Translations under genes and position numbers: made by a program
DNA from: Paraspadella gotoi
Lineage: Eukaryota; Animalia; Chaetognatha
Direction: 5' to 3'
Assembly (NCBI GenBank): GCA_051294375.1
Contig: CM119268.1
Location: 3,559,258-3,623,257 of the forward strand
Length of the DNA: 64,000 nt
Notes under the pieces: generated by a model
Databases searched by the model: none
What the model saw: the letters and a program-made list of their open reading frames with translations, nothing else
What the model was told of the DNA's origin: nothing
Shown here: positions 1 to 58,392 of the stretch, piece after piece
How the letters are laid out: the number at the start of each line of letters is the position of its first letter
How positions within the stretch are numbered: position 1 is the stretch's first letter

Positions 1-879
1 TTTATCAGGAAAGTAGGACTTTCCTCTCGAAATCTTTATACAAATTCCTGACGATCCTTAAAAAAAAAAAAAAAAAAAAAGGAAGAAAAACAAAAAAAAG
101 AAGATAAATAGATTAAGACAAAAACATTAAACAACAACAGTCAAGCAGCCACCGCAATCAGCCAAACGCCGCAGCCTCATTTAGAAAAAATTGTTACCGT
201 TCGAAGATTGATCGTTCGAGAGGTTCGGCGGAGGCGTGACGCCCACAACGGACGAGAAGAGGGAGAGGCAAGACACAGAATGTCCTATCAAGGAACGTCC
301 GATACGACATCCAAAAGGCCTCGTAACCGCCGCATGTGGAAACTCGCATCCACGCACCGAAGCGGCCGATAGCGAAGTCATTGAAGTTGGAAACTAGAAG
401 TGAACGCGGCGATTACTCTCTACTACTCTCTGCCTCTCCTTCAGTTCAAAGCCGCCTTGGTCGATCTCTCATTCTCACTGGCTCCTGTTTACTTAATTTT
501 TTCTTTCTCTGAAATTCTCTCGTTCTGCCCGTTAACATTTACATTCTCTTCCTTATCTCAGTATCTTACCTCCATTTAATTATTGATTTTGTTCTTCAAG
601 TGCTGTTATCTTATTTATTCTCGACTTCTCTCTTTCTGTTCATTCATCGATCTTCTCGATCGTACGGACAGATTTCGCTACATCATCTCTCTCGATCTCT
701 TCTCTCGAATCTCTCTCGCATCTCGACTCTCTCTCTATCTCTCTCTCTCCTCTTTTTTTCTCTATCTCTCTCTCTCTTTCTCTTCTCTTTTCCTCTCTCT
801 CTCTCTCTCTCTCTCTCCATCTCTCTCCTCTCTCTTCCCCTCTCCCACCCCCCCCAAACCCTTCAAATTTCCCTCCAAA

Positions 880-1058
880 ACCGACATCAAAGTCCAGGTC
901 CAGGAGTTGGAGCGCGATTTGTCCGCCCCCGAGCACGCCACCGCCGGAAACGAGACCGGAGACGCGTCGTCGTCCCGAGGAGGTCTACGAGATTCAGCCG
1001 TCGCGTGGACCGGAGTGGGGTCGCGCCAGCTTGATGGGGGGCGGAAGTGGACCAACAG
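880..1058 (+). CDS. Probable upstream START-domain exon with frameshifting sequence errors
   Basis: GC-rich island after a polypyrimidine tract. Fragments DIKV..., ET.DAS, PEEVYE and RKW(D) across frames resemble the START N-terminal strands and helices. Confidence 0.4.
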
Positions 1059-3949
1059 GCTGGGAGGCGTTGGTGGAAAAGGAGATGGAGAAAGTCCGGC
1101 AGGTGGGAGAGGAGGAGGAGGAAGACGAAGAGTGAGATAGCGAGAGAGAGAGCAGAAAAGGTGCTTCCACTCTCTCCCCAGGATGGGGAGTGGACAGCGT
1201 TGGAAGGTCGACTTCAAGGAGACGTCGACCCGATATTGGGAATATCGACGTTGGATGTTCGAAGAAGGAGAAAAATTAAGGAAGGCTGAAAGAAAGCGCT
1301 TGAGTTGGAAGGCGAGAGGAAAATGTTGAGAATCAATTCAGATCATCGAATCATTCAAACATTAAACTGATGATTCAATCAAAGTTAAATAACCATCACT
1401 TAATAATCAATAAATCAAATTCGATAAATTGAACATTTAAGAAGTGTTTAAGCTATCGTCAACATCGCCAAAATCGGGATCAATCAGTTACCCAACACAC
1501 CACAATTGCGTATCAAGATCATTCCCCAAAGTCGCCAAATAAATCAACATCCCTAACCAAAATAATAAATCATTCCAAATAGATTGAGGATCGAAATCTG
1601 TTTGTGCTTCAGGGACTTGAATGAATTCTAATTTTTTGTCGTTGCCGCAACCTGAGACCACTTCCTACGTTTCTCAAATCCGGACTAGAACCCCCATTTC
1701 ACAGGAATTTGGAACTCCACCGCGTTTCTTATGCACGACTAAAGCTCTGCATTCCATACCTCTATCACAATTTGACGCCCACCACGCCGCCACCGCCATC
1801 TTGTCCAACGTGACTCAGAAAATACTGGCGAACTTTGACGAGACTCATTAACGAGTTTTAGAAGCTATAAAGATCTCTCATAAACTAAATAGTTTCACGC
1901 GAGGATTAAAAACGAGCTTCAAATATTAAACCACCAATATATGGTTAAAAACGATGTACGTCGGGGCTCTCGAAGCAACTCAATTTTGCCTCCGCGAGAG
2001 GACGCCGCTTTAGAATGCCGTATCGTCTAACCGCAATGCTAAAAAAAAGTGAAGTCACTGCGATATCGTCTTCACATTCGATGGACTCTTTTCGTTTCGA
2101 TTCGCCAACTGCAAACGGGCGCGACGGGCGACAAATGTCGGAATCTCTGGCCGTCGTGTCTGGGCTCGCATCCGTTCCCTATATCGCGAGTAACGGTAAT
2201 AAAATAAAGATAAAATAAAGTAGGCGTAACCCCTTCCTCCTCCGCGAGCCGACACGGGCCGCTGAGGATGCGAAAAGGCACTCTGCCCGCGCTTTTCACC
2301 GGTTCACGATCAGGGCGCAAGGAGGTTGGGTTGCGAATCGGAGCGGCGATAAAAAAAAAAGAGTCGTATACGACTCTCGAATCCCATCGTTCTATAGAGA
2401 TTCAAAATATACGTATCGTCAGGGTCGTAATTGAAGAAACGTAGGACTGCACGGAAATTACAGGGGCCTAAGAGTTACAAGATCGCGGACACAGAAATTA
2501 CGTCCGCCACAGAAAGGAACTAACGTTATCGCGAAAACTAAGTTCGAAAACAAAAAAGCGTTATAGGTTCCGTGTTTGTCGGAGGAATCGGTAGTCACAT
2601 CGCGCGAAGTAGAATTTATTGTGCCGGCGGTAGTATGCTAAAACGCGTTATCGTAGTAAGAATTAAATGCACGCAAAAAATAAATTCCAGAGTAAGATAG
2701 CCAAGAAAGCATTAAGGTATTAGAAATTCGTAAATTGATGGACCTACCTGTACAGCTTTCCTGAAATAAAAAGATTAGAAAGTAGAAGAAAATATATTTA
2801 AGAAATTCAATTAGGATATCGCGCTTGTGTATCTGCAATAGGTTTAAATATATAATAAAAAAATTTACAGTAGCCAAAGATTATTATTAAATTATCAAAT
2901 ACATCACATTCATTTTGAAATTATTAAAAAATAGAAGCTATTTATGCCCGCTCATGACTATTCTTTTGATTCAGCGGCTTTAAACGAAATTGAAACTGTT
3001 TTCCACCACGCGTTCCGTAGAAAACAACTCCAAATTTTTCAAGCTTTCAATACAGAGGCTGGAGAACGAATTATTATCACCTCGCCCAAAGTTTTACATA
3101 TGTTTCGTAGATTTGCATTACTATATTATCTTCTAATACCGCTGCATCAAAGGATGTATAGATTTACCAAATTACAAAATGTGACAAGAATGATTTTCAG
3201 TCAATTTCAAAGAATCTTTCAATTGTGGGTCATCGATTCCCGACATCAAGCACGCGCACATCCGTCTTACGGTCCTTTGTGTTATTCATAAAAATTTATG
3301 TATAGATGTCATATAATTATAAAAATCTATACATTAAGTATTTTAGTTAAATTTCCCAAAAGTTTCGATGCTAAAACCAATAATTCTCACAGTGTTAATA
3401 ATTAAAAATTTTCTTTAATGAGAACAAAGTAAATTAAATTTTCTATCTATACAAAATATTCTTACTTTTTCCGACGGCGACGTCGGCTACGGTAGTATAT
3501 ACTAGCTTAAGTCGTCGCTCTCTCTCTAGAATTTGTGAGTCGAATGAGCAGAGGGTAGGAGGGAAAAAGAAAGATCTGCCGCGCAGCGTCAGGGGAACAC
3601 TTGGTAGAGAGAAAAGGAAGAAAACTTGTGTGTTGAAAAGACAACTCTAATTCACGCCCAATACAACTGAATGCTTCGTCGATTGACCACAGCGGACGGT
3701 CCCCACTTTTTCACCGTAGTATATTCTCAATTACGAGATCTCCACCACGGCAGGTTTTGCAAATTTCTCGATCATTCGTCTTTCTTCTCCTAGTACGTTT
3801 TCTACTCTCCCTACCTTTTCGTCTTCTGCACTTGCTCCTCACTATAACTCGGTCAGTTCTCAGTCGTCTTTCTCTTGTCTTTCCATCTTTCTCTCTCTCT
3901 TCTCTCTCTCTCCTCTCCTCTCTCTCTCTCTCTTCTCTCGCATTCTCTA

Positions 3950-6500
3950 CCCTCAGCTCAGAACAAACTCATGTGCCTAAATTACAGATAGTTTGTCATA
4001 TTGTGCTCGCTTGCTCGTACGCGTGTGACCCGCAAGTGGCGCGTAGCCCTCCCCATCAAGAGATTCAAGGCTGCTGTGGAGCCAAGACCCAGGCGGGACC
4101 GAAGCAAGCGCGGAACCTGAAGGAGGTGATTGTCCACTGTCGAAAATCTAGGCTCACGGCACTACAAGGTGCTATTGTGCTCTTTTAGGCAAGTCTTGCA
4201 CAAATATCCTCATCGCTTACAGTTGATAGCGTGGATGCACAGGCTCAATCAGAAGGCGAGACTGTAATCGGCGATGCGTCTATAGGAAGTCTTATGTTAC
4301 CCCGTCAGGCAGGGGCGTGTCCAGTTCCGAAGACTCTCTCCCTCAAAGCTGGCATGAACTCACGAAAGGCTGTGTCAAGATTCTCCACGTGTGCCACCTC
4401 CTTCGGAGCTTCACTTGACAGATCGACATCGACCTGCAGGTTCAAACTCTCCGAGAGCAGTCTCATCGGAAAGAGCAGGAGCCTGCTGGCTGGCACAAAA
4501 AATCAACTCTAGTCACGCAGGAGTTTATGTATATTGCACCAGCGTATCAGAATGGAGGATAATCCTAGTCTCAGTATTTCGTGCTGTGAAAGAGCATCAC
4601 AGGAAAGATGCGGCGTGCAGGAGTGCTGGTTGTTGTTGTCGCCCATCACCGCAATGTCATCTCTCACTCTCTCTACATCTGCACACTGGCTCTTGCAGTA
4701 AGTGTGCCAGAGATCAAGCCATCAAAATCTCATCAGTTTCAATTTTCTGATCTGGCGCACTGCTTGTATCATAGGGCGAAGGATATATTTCTTTTTTTTT
4801 AAATAGGATACTTCAAGCATTTATTTCGTTTGTTTATCAGCATCTAGTGTGCGTTCCCTCATAGTTTGATGCCATATCATATAGTGCGATCAGCTACAAG
4901 GCGATAGTCTGCTATACAAAGACTGTCTGCTCTACTTTAGAATTTTCTTCTTATTTACTTAAACTCTTTAGGCTTATTATACTTACATTTTCATATAGCG
5001 CAGATTTGATCGTGGTCCTCTGCGGGTTGAAAAAACAACGCTAAAGCGAGGAATCCACAGTCTCAGTGTTCGCAAATCCTCAGAAGAGTCAGGAGGATAC
5101 TAGTGTGACGGAAAAGTTCAGCCCGAGCACAAGACTTAAGGTCAACCTATGAAGCTGGGGATGACACATCATTCTCATTCTCTCACCTATTGACGAGTTT
5201 ACTCAACTCGCAAGAATCCCTCTTCTATCAATATGATTCTCAGATCAATCTTCTCTTGTCATCCCAATTTTCGATACCGATCCTTCAATGTTTTAGCTTA
5301 CCGCTTCTTTTAAATAATGGTTTCATAGCCCGTGATTCACCAATATATCTCTGCGCCTCTCGATGGAACCGTCCCGTGGTCTCACCCCCCCTTTAGTTTG
5401 CGCACTGGAGATCCACGGTCAGCTTCTCGTCCTCTATAAGCGAGGCATATACGATCTGTCCATACGAGTTGGTAGGACGGATTCGCTGTGTCAAAGGAGC
5501 AGCGCCAAATTTTCCAGGGCAAAAATGGTCCGGAAAACACCCAACACAGAGAGTAGAGTGGAACTGGTATAACTTTCGCCACAATATCAGAAGAGGGGGG
5601 GAATCGCTCTACGATACCTCTGAACAGGATTCCAGCAATCGAGCTCGGAGTGGAACTCCAAGCTCAGAATTTTAAGGAAGATTCAAAGGGTGAGAGAGAA
5701 GATGAGAAGGGAGGTAATCCGCCAGAGACGAATTGAACATGTTATGACCAAAGGATTAGGTCAGAGAACTGGCCAAGAAATGCTGACAGTGACGCAAGAT
5801 TAATCTGATCATCTGATAGAGGAGTTTAGGGATCCATCTCTCAGACGAAGTGGTGTTTGGGGTTTCGATTCAGAGCTGGAGAGAAGAAGAAGTGACACGA
5901 AATACTGTCTAAATCATATGTAAATATGATAACGTGTAACGGCCAAAATATGACCAATCCTACGACCAATATAAGATGAATGCAGTTGTGTCTCAGGAGT
6001 CAGATGTCTCAGAGTGAAAAAGGTATCATTGATAAAGTACCAACAGTTGAAAACTACAAGCCCTCACATTTGACCCACTCTCGAGAAAGCGCCCCCACGT
6101 ATTATATTATCCATCCTCTTATCTCCCTCACAGCGGAACAACTCTAGGACAACCACACGTAGCACACAGCCTGCACAGACAGAGATACCTGACAGGTCTC
6201 TGGATTTCCAAAAGAACTTCAAACTCCTGAGCTTCAGCAGAGCTGCGACGGAAAGTACACTAGGACATACTCTGACTGATCAAATGATATATCAACACGA
6301 TCAATGCTCAGTTCGTGTCTCTCTCAGCGAAGTCGTCATCCGCTGCTGCCGCTCTAAACTTATTCGAATCACACTAGTCAATCTCGGAGCGAACTAATCA
6401 CGTGGAAAAAGAATGTCAAATAGAGACCTGGGACAAGCTTGGAGTTCCATGTCCTGTCTAATAGAGACGCACTTTCTATCATTTCTTCCTTGGGGAGGGC
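3950..6500 (+). mobile_element. Possible degraded or error-rich DNA transposon (Sola-like DDD transposase relic)
   Basis: Microsatellite-free, coding-like composition with no long ORF. Ordered fragments ACPVPK, FK......IGKS, C.T..QN, a Cys cluster, GAA..F and VEWN..FAT...GG recall an HGKG-type transposase; recognition is tentative. Confidence 0.3.
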
Positions 6501-7074
6501 CTGTGCTCACCGTAATATCTATCACTATCTTCCTATCTATTCTGGACTAGTGTGTGGAGTTTGGAATACCGAATATATAACCAATCTGACATATAACATT
6601 ATCGTACGATTGAGTATCCAGCATTACCTTTACTACTATCTATTCGTACGAATCCATCGAACCATCATATCTTCAGTGAATCATTTACTATTATTAATCA
6701 ACACATTGAATCACATCGAACACATCAAATAAATAATCAAGTTCAACATCGACAAAAAATTCCAATTTAATGTACTACTCAAATACATCAAAATTTATCT
6801 ATAATCCTACTCAAAGAAGGAAAAAATACTATACAAAATCACAAATAAAGTTAGGCCCTCGGAAATATGTACCCCTAATCCATACCAACCTTACACTCAC
6901 CGCATCTACTCCATAATAAGATTGTAACCTGCAAACCTAATCTGAAGTGGAGTCAATCGAATCTCAAAACAAATCAATTCAATCAAAACACCCAACTTCT
7001 ATTCTCAATAAAAGAATTCTCCACCCCAAAACTGCCCCGTCCTTACTCCCCGTGTTCCCCCCCATCTCTCCCAC

Positions 7075-7347
7075 GGTCACGCGCGTTCTGACACCGCTAG
7101 CGCGGCGCCACTCTGCCGCCCGCAAAGATGCAGTCGCGAGTACCGCGGTTCCAACGGCCCCGGCGGATGGCGCTTCCGCCCCAACCCCGAAGACCCGACC
7201 AAATCGACGAGCGAGTTGACGTGGATCGTCAACACGACCCCTGGAGGGTGGATCCCGAAGAGCATCGCCGACGCCGCCGTCACGGAATCGCTCAAGGGAT
7301 TCATCAAGGATTTGAAGACCCACATTCATAATTTGGAGCAGCGTTAG
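7075..7347 (+). CDS. Terminal exon of a START-domain (StAR-related lipid transfer) protein gene nested in a dynein intron
   Basis: 7141-7347 reads YRGSNGPGGWRFRPNPEDPTKSTSELTWIVNTTPGGWIPKSIADAAVTESLKGFIKDLKTHIHNLEQR*, matching the START C-terminus (cf. RGENGPGG...WILNTDLKG.LP of STARD3/StAR). AATAAA near 7552. The 5' boundary is approximate because the acceptor is garbled. Confidence 0.78.
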   Translation, partial: GHARSDTASAAPLCRPQRCSREYRGSNGPGGWRFRPNPEDPTKSTSELTWIVNTTPGGWIPKSIADAAVTESLKGFIKDLKTHIHNLEQR

Positions 7348-8016
7348 AGGGCGCGGAGGGAGAGAAAACAAAAGGGCAACGAAAGAAAAGTATAAGAAAA
7401 TAAAAAAAATACATAAAATAGATTATCAGTACTAATTTACAACATCGAAAAACTAAACCGAAAACGAATTGAACGATACGAAACCAAACGATAGATTGAG
7501 CGAAAAAGTATATCTAAGACAATGAAATGCGTAGTAGAGAAATTTTAGATTAATAAATCTCTCTTTGTAATTTATTTCATGTTTACTGCTTAATATTCAA
7601 TATTCAATAAGTTTCACAACTTTTTTTACAACTCAATTATTACAATTATTTGTGATTGCCTGTGATTTCCTAAACCAGCTGGCTGAACCGTAACTAATTT
7701 ATAATTAGATTATGTAAAAGCAATTATGCTTCATAATTCCTTACCGGTATAGAATTAGTCAATATATTATGTATTCAGATTTTAATGCTTGTTTTATTTT
7801 TTTGTTAAAATAGAAACAGATAAAATTTTTAATTGAACTTCTTTGTTTTGATTTAAAAAAAAAACAGTTAATCATGTTTGCTTAGCTCTCGGAAGTGTAC
7901 ACTGTAAATAGATAGGAATTATCAATTTAAAAAATAACCAACGACAACTAACATTATGATATATCAAAAATAATGATAAAATTGTCAGATTGTCAAGTTA
8001 TTCCATAGAAACAAAC

Positions 8017-24658
<16,642 letters not shown>

Positions 24659-25493
24659 TTTCAATTCTTTCTGTTGTTGTTACTTTGTTTTTTTGTTTTT
24701 CTTAATTCGTCAAATTTGTGCTTTTGTTTTTCTTAGTTTCTTCGACTGACAAATAGGGTGCGGCTCGGTGCAATTTTTAATTCTTTTTGAAAACTCGGGT
24801 TGTGTCTTTTTTTAATAATATAATTTAGTTTGGTTTATTTCCTTTAAAATGGCTAAGCGATTTTAGAGTCGATTCCAAAAAGCGGAGAGGCAGCGTAGTC
24901 TTGGGGCAGCGATGCAAATCTTTCGCCTTATTTGGTCGAAAGTCGAAACAAATGCGCAATATCGGGTGCGTAGTTGTTGTTGTTGTTGTTGTTGTTGTTT
25001 ATCGTTGGAGTGTAGTTAGAAAAATCCGATGTTGTTGACTTTTTTGTGGTGTTTTGTAAACTTAAGTTGGTCGTTGTTGTAAAACGCAAAATATATTGTA
25101 GATTATGAACGTAATCCATTAGGGTATATCACTTTTAAGGGGATCGTTTATATTCCGGTGTATTTACAAACGTTTAAAGGTGAAACATTATTTGATATTT
25201 TATCTTTTAGTCTTTTGCTGCTTGATATAACGAATAGTCCGTAAAAAGCGTTATTCTTTTATGTAGTTTCAAACGTTAGCGGATTATTTGTTTCGTTATA
25301 AAACTAAAAAAAAATATGTTTTGAGTAACGATTTAAAATTTTTTTCATATAAAAAATTTCGGAGATCCTTATCTTCCAGGGATTTTCAAAATTTTGGGGA
25401 TTTATTTTTTAAGTTTGTCGGATCTCCGAGGAAATGACGATGATCGTCGTCGTCGTCGTCGTCGTCGTCGTCGGTAACAGAGTCGGCGTCCTG

Positions 25494-25507
25494 GTCACCA
25501 TAGCAAC
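25494..25507. promoter_or_regulatory. RFX X-box upstream of the dynein gene
   Basis: GTCACCATAGCAAC is an exact match to the GTHNYYATRRNAAC consensus, about 840 bp upstream of the dynein ATG; forkhead-type GTAAACA at 25654-25660. Confidence 0.7.
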
Positions 25508-27222
25508 ACCGCTGGTCTGGGTCGCAACATGAAATCGGTTCCATGATGTCATGGGGTTTTTTTTTGAACGGAATGCAAATTTTTTTTTATATTAATATCA
25601 AAAACAGTATTAACAAAATCAGAAACAGTATCAGTGTAAAAGACTATAAAACGGTAAACAAGTAAAATATTAAAATATTAAAATCAATTATTTATTTATT
25701 ATTTATTTATCAATTATTTAGGAGGGTCGGATGGCCTAGGCGGGACAAGGAGGGGTGGTGGTAGATGTCTGAGATCGCGTGACCAACAAGAACATTTGAT
25801 TTTTATCTGAACGTTTTTTTGGTATCAATATTCTCAACTGTTTGTTTTTGTTGTACCTAAATATCAATATTAATTTTATCATAGAAACTAAAATAACTTA
25901 AAGAATATAATCATACTAAACGTATACTAAGTATATAGATAAGAGTTTTTAAAATTCAGTGATATATCATACAAAAAATAAATTAATTGCAAAAAAAATA
26001 TTTCGACTCGTTTCTGAATAAGTCATGATTTACCTTTTTTTCCCTTTTTAAATGATAAAGAGGTTAAAAAGACGATAAGTTAAAAAAGATAAGTTAACAA
26101 AGAAGATAGGTTATACGAGAAAGGATGCTATTTTGTATTTTATTTTCGCGTTTGTACTTTGATGCCATCTGTGAACAACGCAGTGTTTTAAAAGTCTATA
26201 TTCCGACAAAAGATCAGTTTGCGTTTTTGAAAAAAAAGGAAATTAAAAAATGAACATAAAATTCATAAATTACTATTAATAAGTAGTAGTAATTTTTAAA
26301 TAATATTATTATTAATTAATTAATTAATTTAATTAATAACGAAACGTAAGAAATTCTCAAATTTAATTAATTTTACGTTTTGACAAAGCTTTTGCTGTAA
26401 TTTTTTTGTTTTTGTTCAAAATGTCTTTAAAGTACATATCTGACTTGAACAATTTTTTAAAAAAATAATATAAAAACAATAATTCAACCGTTTTATTCAA
26501 CATGAAAAAAAAAGAGCACGAATTAATATTACCAAAAGAAAAAGATGGAAAAAACTTTGGACGGACAATTTCTTTTTTTTGTTTTGTTTGTTTGTTTGTT
26601 TTTTTTAAACAAAAAAAAACTGAACCAAATATTTAATTTTACAAGCATCGATTTAGAAAAAAAATGGGGGTGGGGTTTTACACCAGGTCGGGGGGGGGTT
26701 AAGACCAGTAAGGTCAAAGAGTGAGTGTGAATCTTTTTTTCTTTTTCGTATTTTTTTGTTCACTGAGGAATTTTTAACGAGAATGATCACGAATTTGACT
26801 ATAAAACTGACTGACTGACTGACGGAATGTAGAGAGGAAAACAAAAAAACGGTCATCGTTGAAAAAAGAAACAAAACTAAAAAAAACAACAACGAAACGA
26901 GAGGCGAATTTGTTTTTTTTTTCTTTTTTCACAGCAGAAAAAAAAATTGAACTTTGTACACGAGAGAGAAGAAGAAAACTAAAGGAGAGAAGCGGAACTG
27001 AGGCTTTGACTACAGCTGATGGGGTTACTACATCAAATTGTTCTTCATCAAAACAGCTCTACAGCCACATCGAAGGCTCAATGACCCAACCCCATCTTCT
27101 CCTCTAAATCATCATCTCCTCCTCTTCTACATCACCTCTCCTTCTTCTCTACATCACCATCAAAATCTCCGTCTAGTTCCCATCCTCTACATCATCTCTC
27201 TCCATCACTCTCCTCTTCCCCG

Positions 27223-54737
<27,515 letters not shown>

Positions 54738-54938
54738 CTGCGGAAAATGGGAGGGAATAGAAAGAATTAACGTCTCTGTCTCTATCCTTCTTTATTCCTT
54801 TCTCTCTTTTCTTGTTTTATTTATTTATTTTTTTATTTCTCTCTTTTTTTTCTTTCTTTATTTATTTATTTATTTATTTAGTTCTTTCTCTATTTTTTTC
54901 ACTCTATCTTTCTTTCTTCTTCTTCTTCTTCTTCTTCT

Positions 54939-55030
<92 letters not shown>

Positions 55031-56725
55031 TTGATTGTGATTTCTTCGATTGTACACGATCTCTCGGGTGGATTTCACTTTTCTTTCCATCTCCGTTTGT
55101 CTTTTGTTTTTATTTCCTTTTCTTTTTATTTCTTTTTTTTATCAAAATCCTCCGCCCGAAAAAGAAAAGAACAAGGGGACTCGAGGGAGTCTTCCTCCGC
55201 AAACAGATAAAAGTAAATCCCACCGGAGACCCTCCCTCCCGTCACCAACTTTTGCTCTTCCTCTTCCTCTTCTGTCTTCTGTCTCCTCCTTTTCTTTTTT
55301 TTTCTTCCTCCTTTTCTTTTTTTTTTCTTCCTCCTTTTCTTTATTTTCCTTTTCTCTTTCTCAATCCTCATCTACTTCCTCTTCTGTCTCCTCCTTTTCT
55401 TTTTTTCTTCTTTTTCTTTTTCTTCTTTTCCTCATCTGTCCCTTATTCTTTTTTCTCTTTCTCCTCCTCTTCCTTAACTATCTTTTCCTTTTTTTTTCTT
55501 TCTTCTCCTTTTTTCCCTCATTTTTTCCCTTCCTCCTTTGTTTCCTCCTACTCTTTCTTTTCTTCTTTTTCTTCGACTCCCTCCATTTTTCTTTTTCTCT
55601 CTTTAGTTCCTCCACTTTCCTCCTTTCCTCCTTTCCTCCTTCTCTCTTCCCTTTTCCTTTCATTCCTTACTTCATTTTCATCTCCTCACCTTTTTCTTTC
55701 ACTTTCCTTCACTTTTTTATTCACTTTACCTTTGTCTATTTTTTGTCACTTGTCACAGTTTTTCCTCTTGATTTGGTTTCCTCCAATCATAAAGCCTCTC
55801 TGTTCCTATCTTTTTACCCTTTTCTCTTTCCTACCCTTTTGTCTCCTTCCCCCTTCCTCCTCTTTCACTTGTCTTTATTATCTTCTCCACCAAACCCAAT
55901 GCTACTCTTCATCTCACGGGTCACTTGGTCTACTTATCTCTTTCCTCCTCTTCTTTTAATCCTTCTTCATCTTCCTTTTCTTTTCCTCCTTTCCTTTTCT
56001 TTCCTCTCTTCCTCCCTCCACCTTTTCTCGAGTCAACGTCTTAACTTTTAACTTCTTTTTTCTCTCTCGTCGTCTTCACCTTTTTATCTCTGTCTCTCCG
56101 TCTCTTTTCCTTCTTCTTCATCCACATTTAAATAGTCAGTTTCTTAATTATCTAGAATGTTTTAATAACGTACTTATGAAAGTTTATTAGTTATTACAAA
56201 GTTTGCCTGATTATTGCTTTGAATTATAGCGGGATGAAGTGGTTCACAATTTATTTAGATTAAATTTCAAAGTTTTTAAAAGTATTTGACTACTTGTAGC
56301 TTTATTCAATATATTTAATCTGATAATATGGAGTTCAGTAGAATTTACAGTTGTTGTGTTGAGGTTTAGTATCTCGTATTATTCTTTTATTCTTTTCGTA
56401 CCTTTGTGTTTTAGTTATATTAATTTTACTGTCGTTATCGACAGTATTGCCGTCATTATTCCTATTTTTAGTTGCTTAGGAACTTGTCAACAAATCACAA
56501 ACTAAAAAAAAAGAAGAGAAAACTTTTCCACGTCTTTTTTTTTGTTTTTGTCGACATCGAATTCCGCCGAAGTTTTTCTCTTACATCCGGGACACCAGAG
56601 ACGCTACATCCGGGACACCAGAGACGCTCGTTTTTTCCCTTTTTTTTCTTTTTTTTCTTTTTTTATTGATCCACTCTTTTTTGTTTCCTTTTCGCGGAGC
56701 AGAGAGAGAGAGAGAGAGAGAGAGA

Positions 56726-56799
<74 letters not shown>

Positions 56800-57338
56800 T
56801 GCTTTACTTTTGCTTTTCTTTCGCGCTTTATGCGTTTTCTTATCTCTTTGTAGTTCGTGCGGCGGGTTAGGGCGAAAATCCATGCGGACCCTAGTTCTTG
56901 TACTCATTGTACTGTTATTTCAATTACTGGGAGTTTTTAAATAGAAAAATAGCTACACTTTTCACATCCTTTTTTTCTCATGAGATACACTTACTTGTTG
57001 TATAGATGCTCCCTCTATTTCCAGAAGATAACACTAACATCACTCTCCCCATTACATTATAAAAGAATATACTCTAAATAAAGAATATAATCTAATCTAA
57101 TATATAGTAAAATTTATTAAATCCTTACATTTATTTAAAAATTTTAGTAAAAAATTTTAAAGTCTAATTTAGTAAAACAAGTAATCTTGCAATTTTTCAT
57201 ACATTTTGCTTCTGCCGGACGCTTTAAAACCTGGTACTGCTTTTCACTGTCGTTTCCAATTTCCACTGTCGTTCTCCAATCACAACTATGTCATTTCTAT
57301 GTTATATGTTTGTTTCTCTCTCTCTCTCTCTCTCTCTC

Positions 57339-57388
<50 letters not shown>

Positions 57389-58103
57389 GCTCTCTCTCCT
57401 CTCTCCTTGGGCGCTTCTACGTTTCCACCCCCGAGCGGTCGCTGGCCCTCAATCCCGTCGTCTAAGCAGAATAAACGAAACCCAAGAGAATAACAGAAAA
57501 GAGAGCAACATGAAAAAAGAAAAAGAAGAAAAAAGAAAGAAAAAAAGAAAGAAAAAAAGAAAGAAAAAAAGAAAGAAAAAAAAACGTGACCAACGAAAAC
57601 TGTGGAGGAAAAAAACTTTAGCCGTAAAAGGGGGGGGGGTGGGGGGGAGAGGAGGTTGCCGGGTGACGGTGGTAAGAGAACGAGGTGATTGGAATTGTGA
57701 ACTGGGGAAGTGGTCTGGGGGATTTGTGAAGTAATTGGAGGAGTGGAAAGGAGTTAGGAGTGAAGAGGATTGGAGGGAGCGAGGGTGTTAAGTGCGAGGG
57801 CCTTGCCACGGTTCTTGTGACAGGTAGAAAAGAAGAACCTGACACAGTTTGCTTTTAAAATGAATTCAAGTAATTTAATTTTAGAAACTCGGCTATCATT
57901 TTTGTACTGTAAATGGGTAGAAACGTAGTAGAAAAAAGATGACGGATAAGAAGGTGATGAAAAAAAGGAAAAAAAAAAAGAAAAAAGAAAAAAAAGCGTG
58001 TGAAGGGTGAAAAAGATAGGAGCGGGGAGAAGATGAACTGAAGAAGGGGACACGAGTTTGTACTGGAAAGAAAGAGAGAAAGAGAGGAAGAGAGAGAGAG
58101 AGA

Positions 58104-58141
<38 letters not shown>

Positions 58142-58151
58142 AAAGAGAGAG

Positions 58152-58183
<32 letters not shown>

Positions 58184-58270
58184 GAGGCCGCCGCACGGCT
58201 ATAAATAGTTTGGCAGAGCTCCAGACAATCCCTAAGACGCGTTGTTAAAAAATTCTTTTTTTGAGAGAGC

Positions 58271-58392
<122 letters not shown>

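Noticed and set aside
56882-56944. Signal-peptide-like MRTLVLVLIVLLFQLLGVFK
   Set aside because: 20 codons then a stop, with no convincing donor or downstream exon
58200-58207. TATAAATA box
   Set aside because: No downstream gene could be identified, and it lies between (AG)n tracts next to a gap
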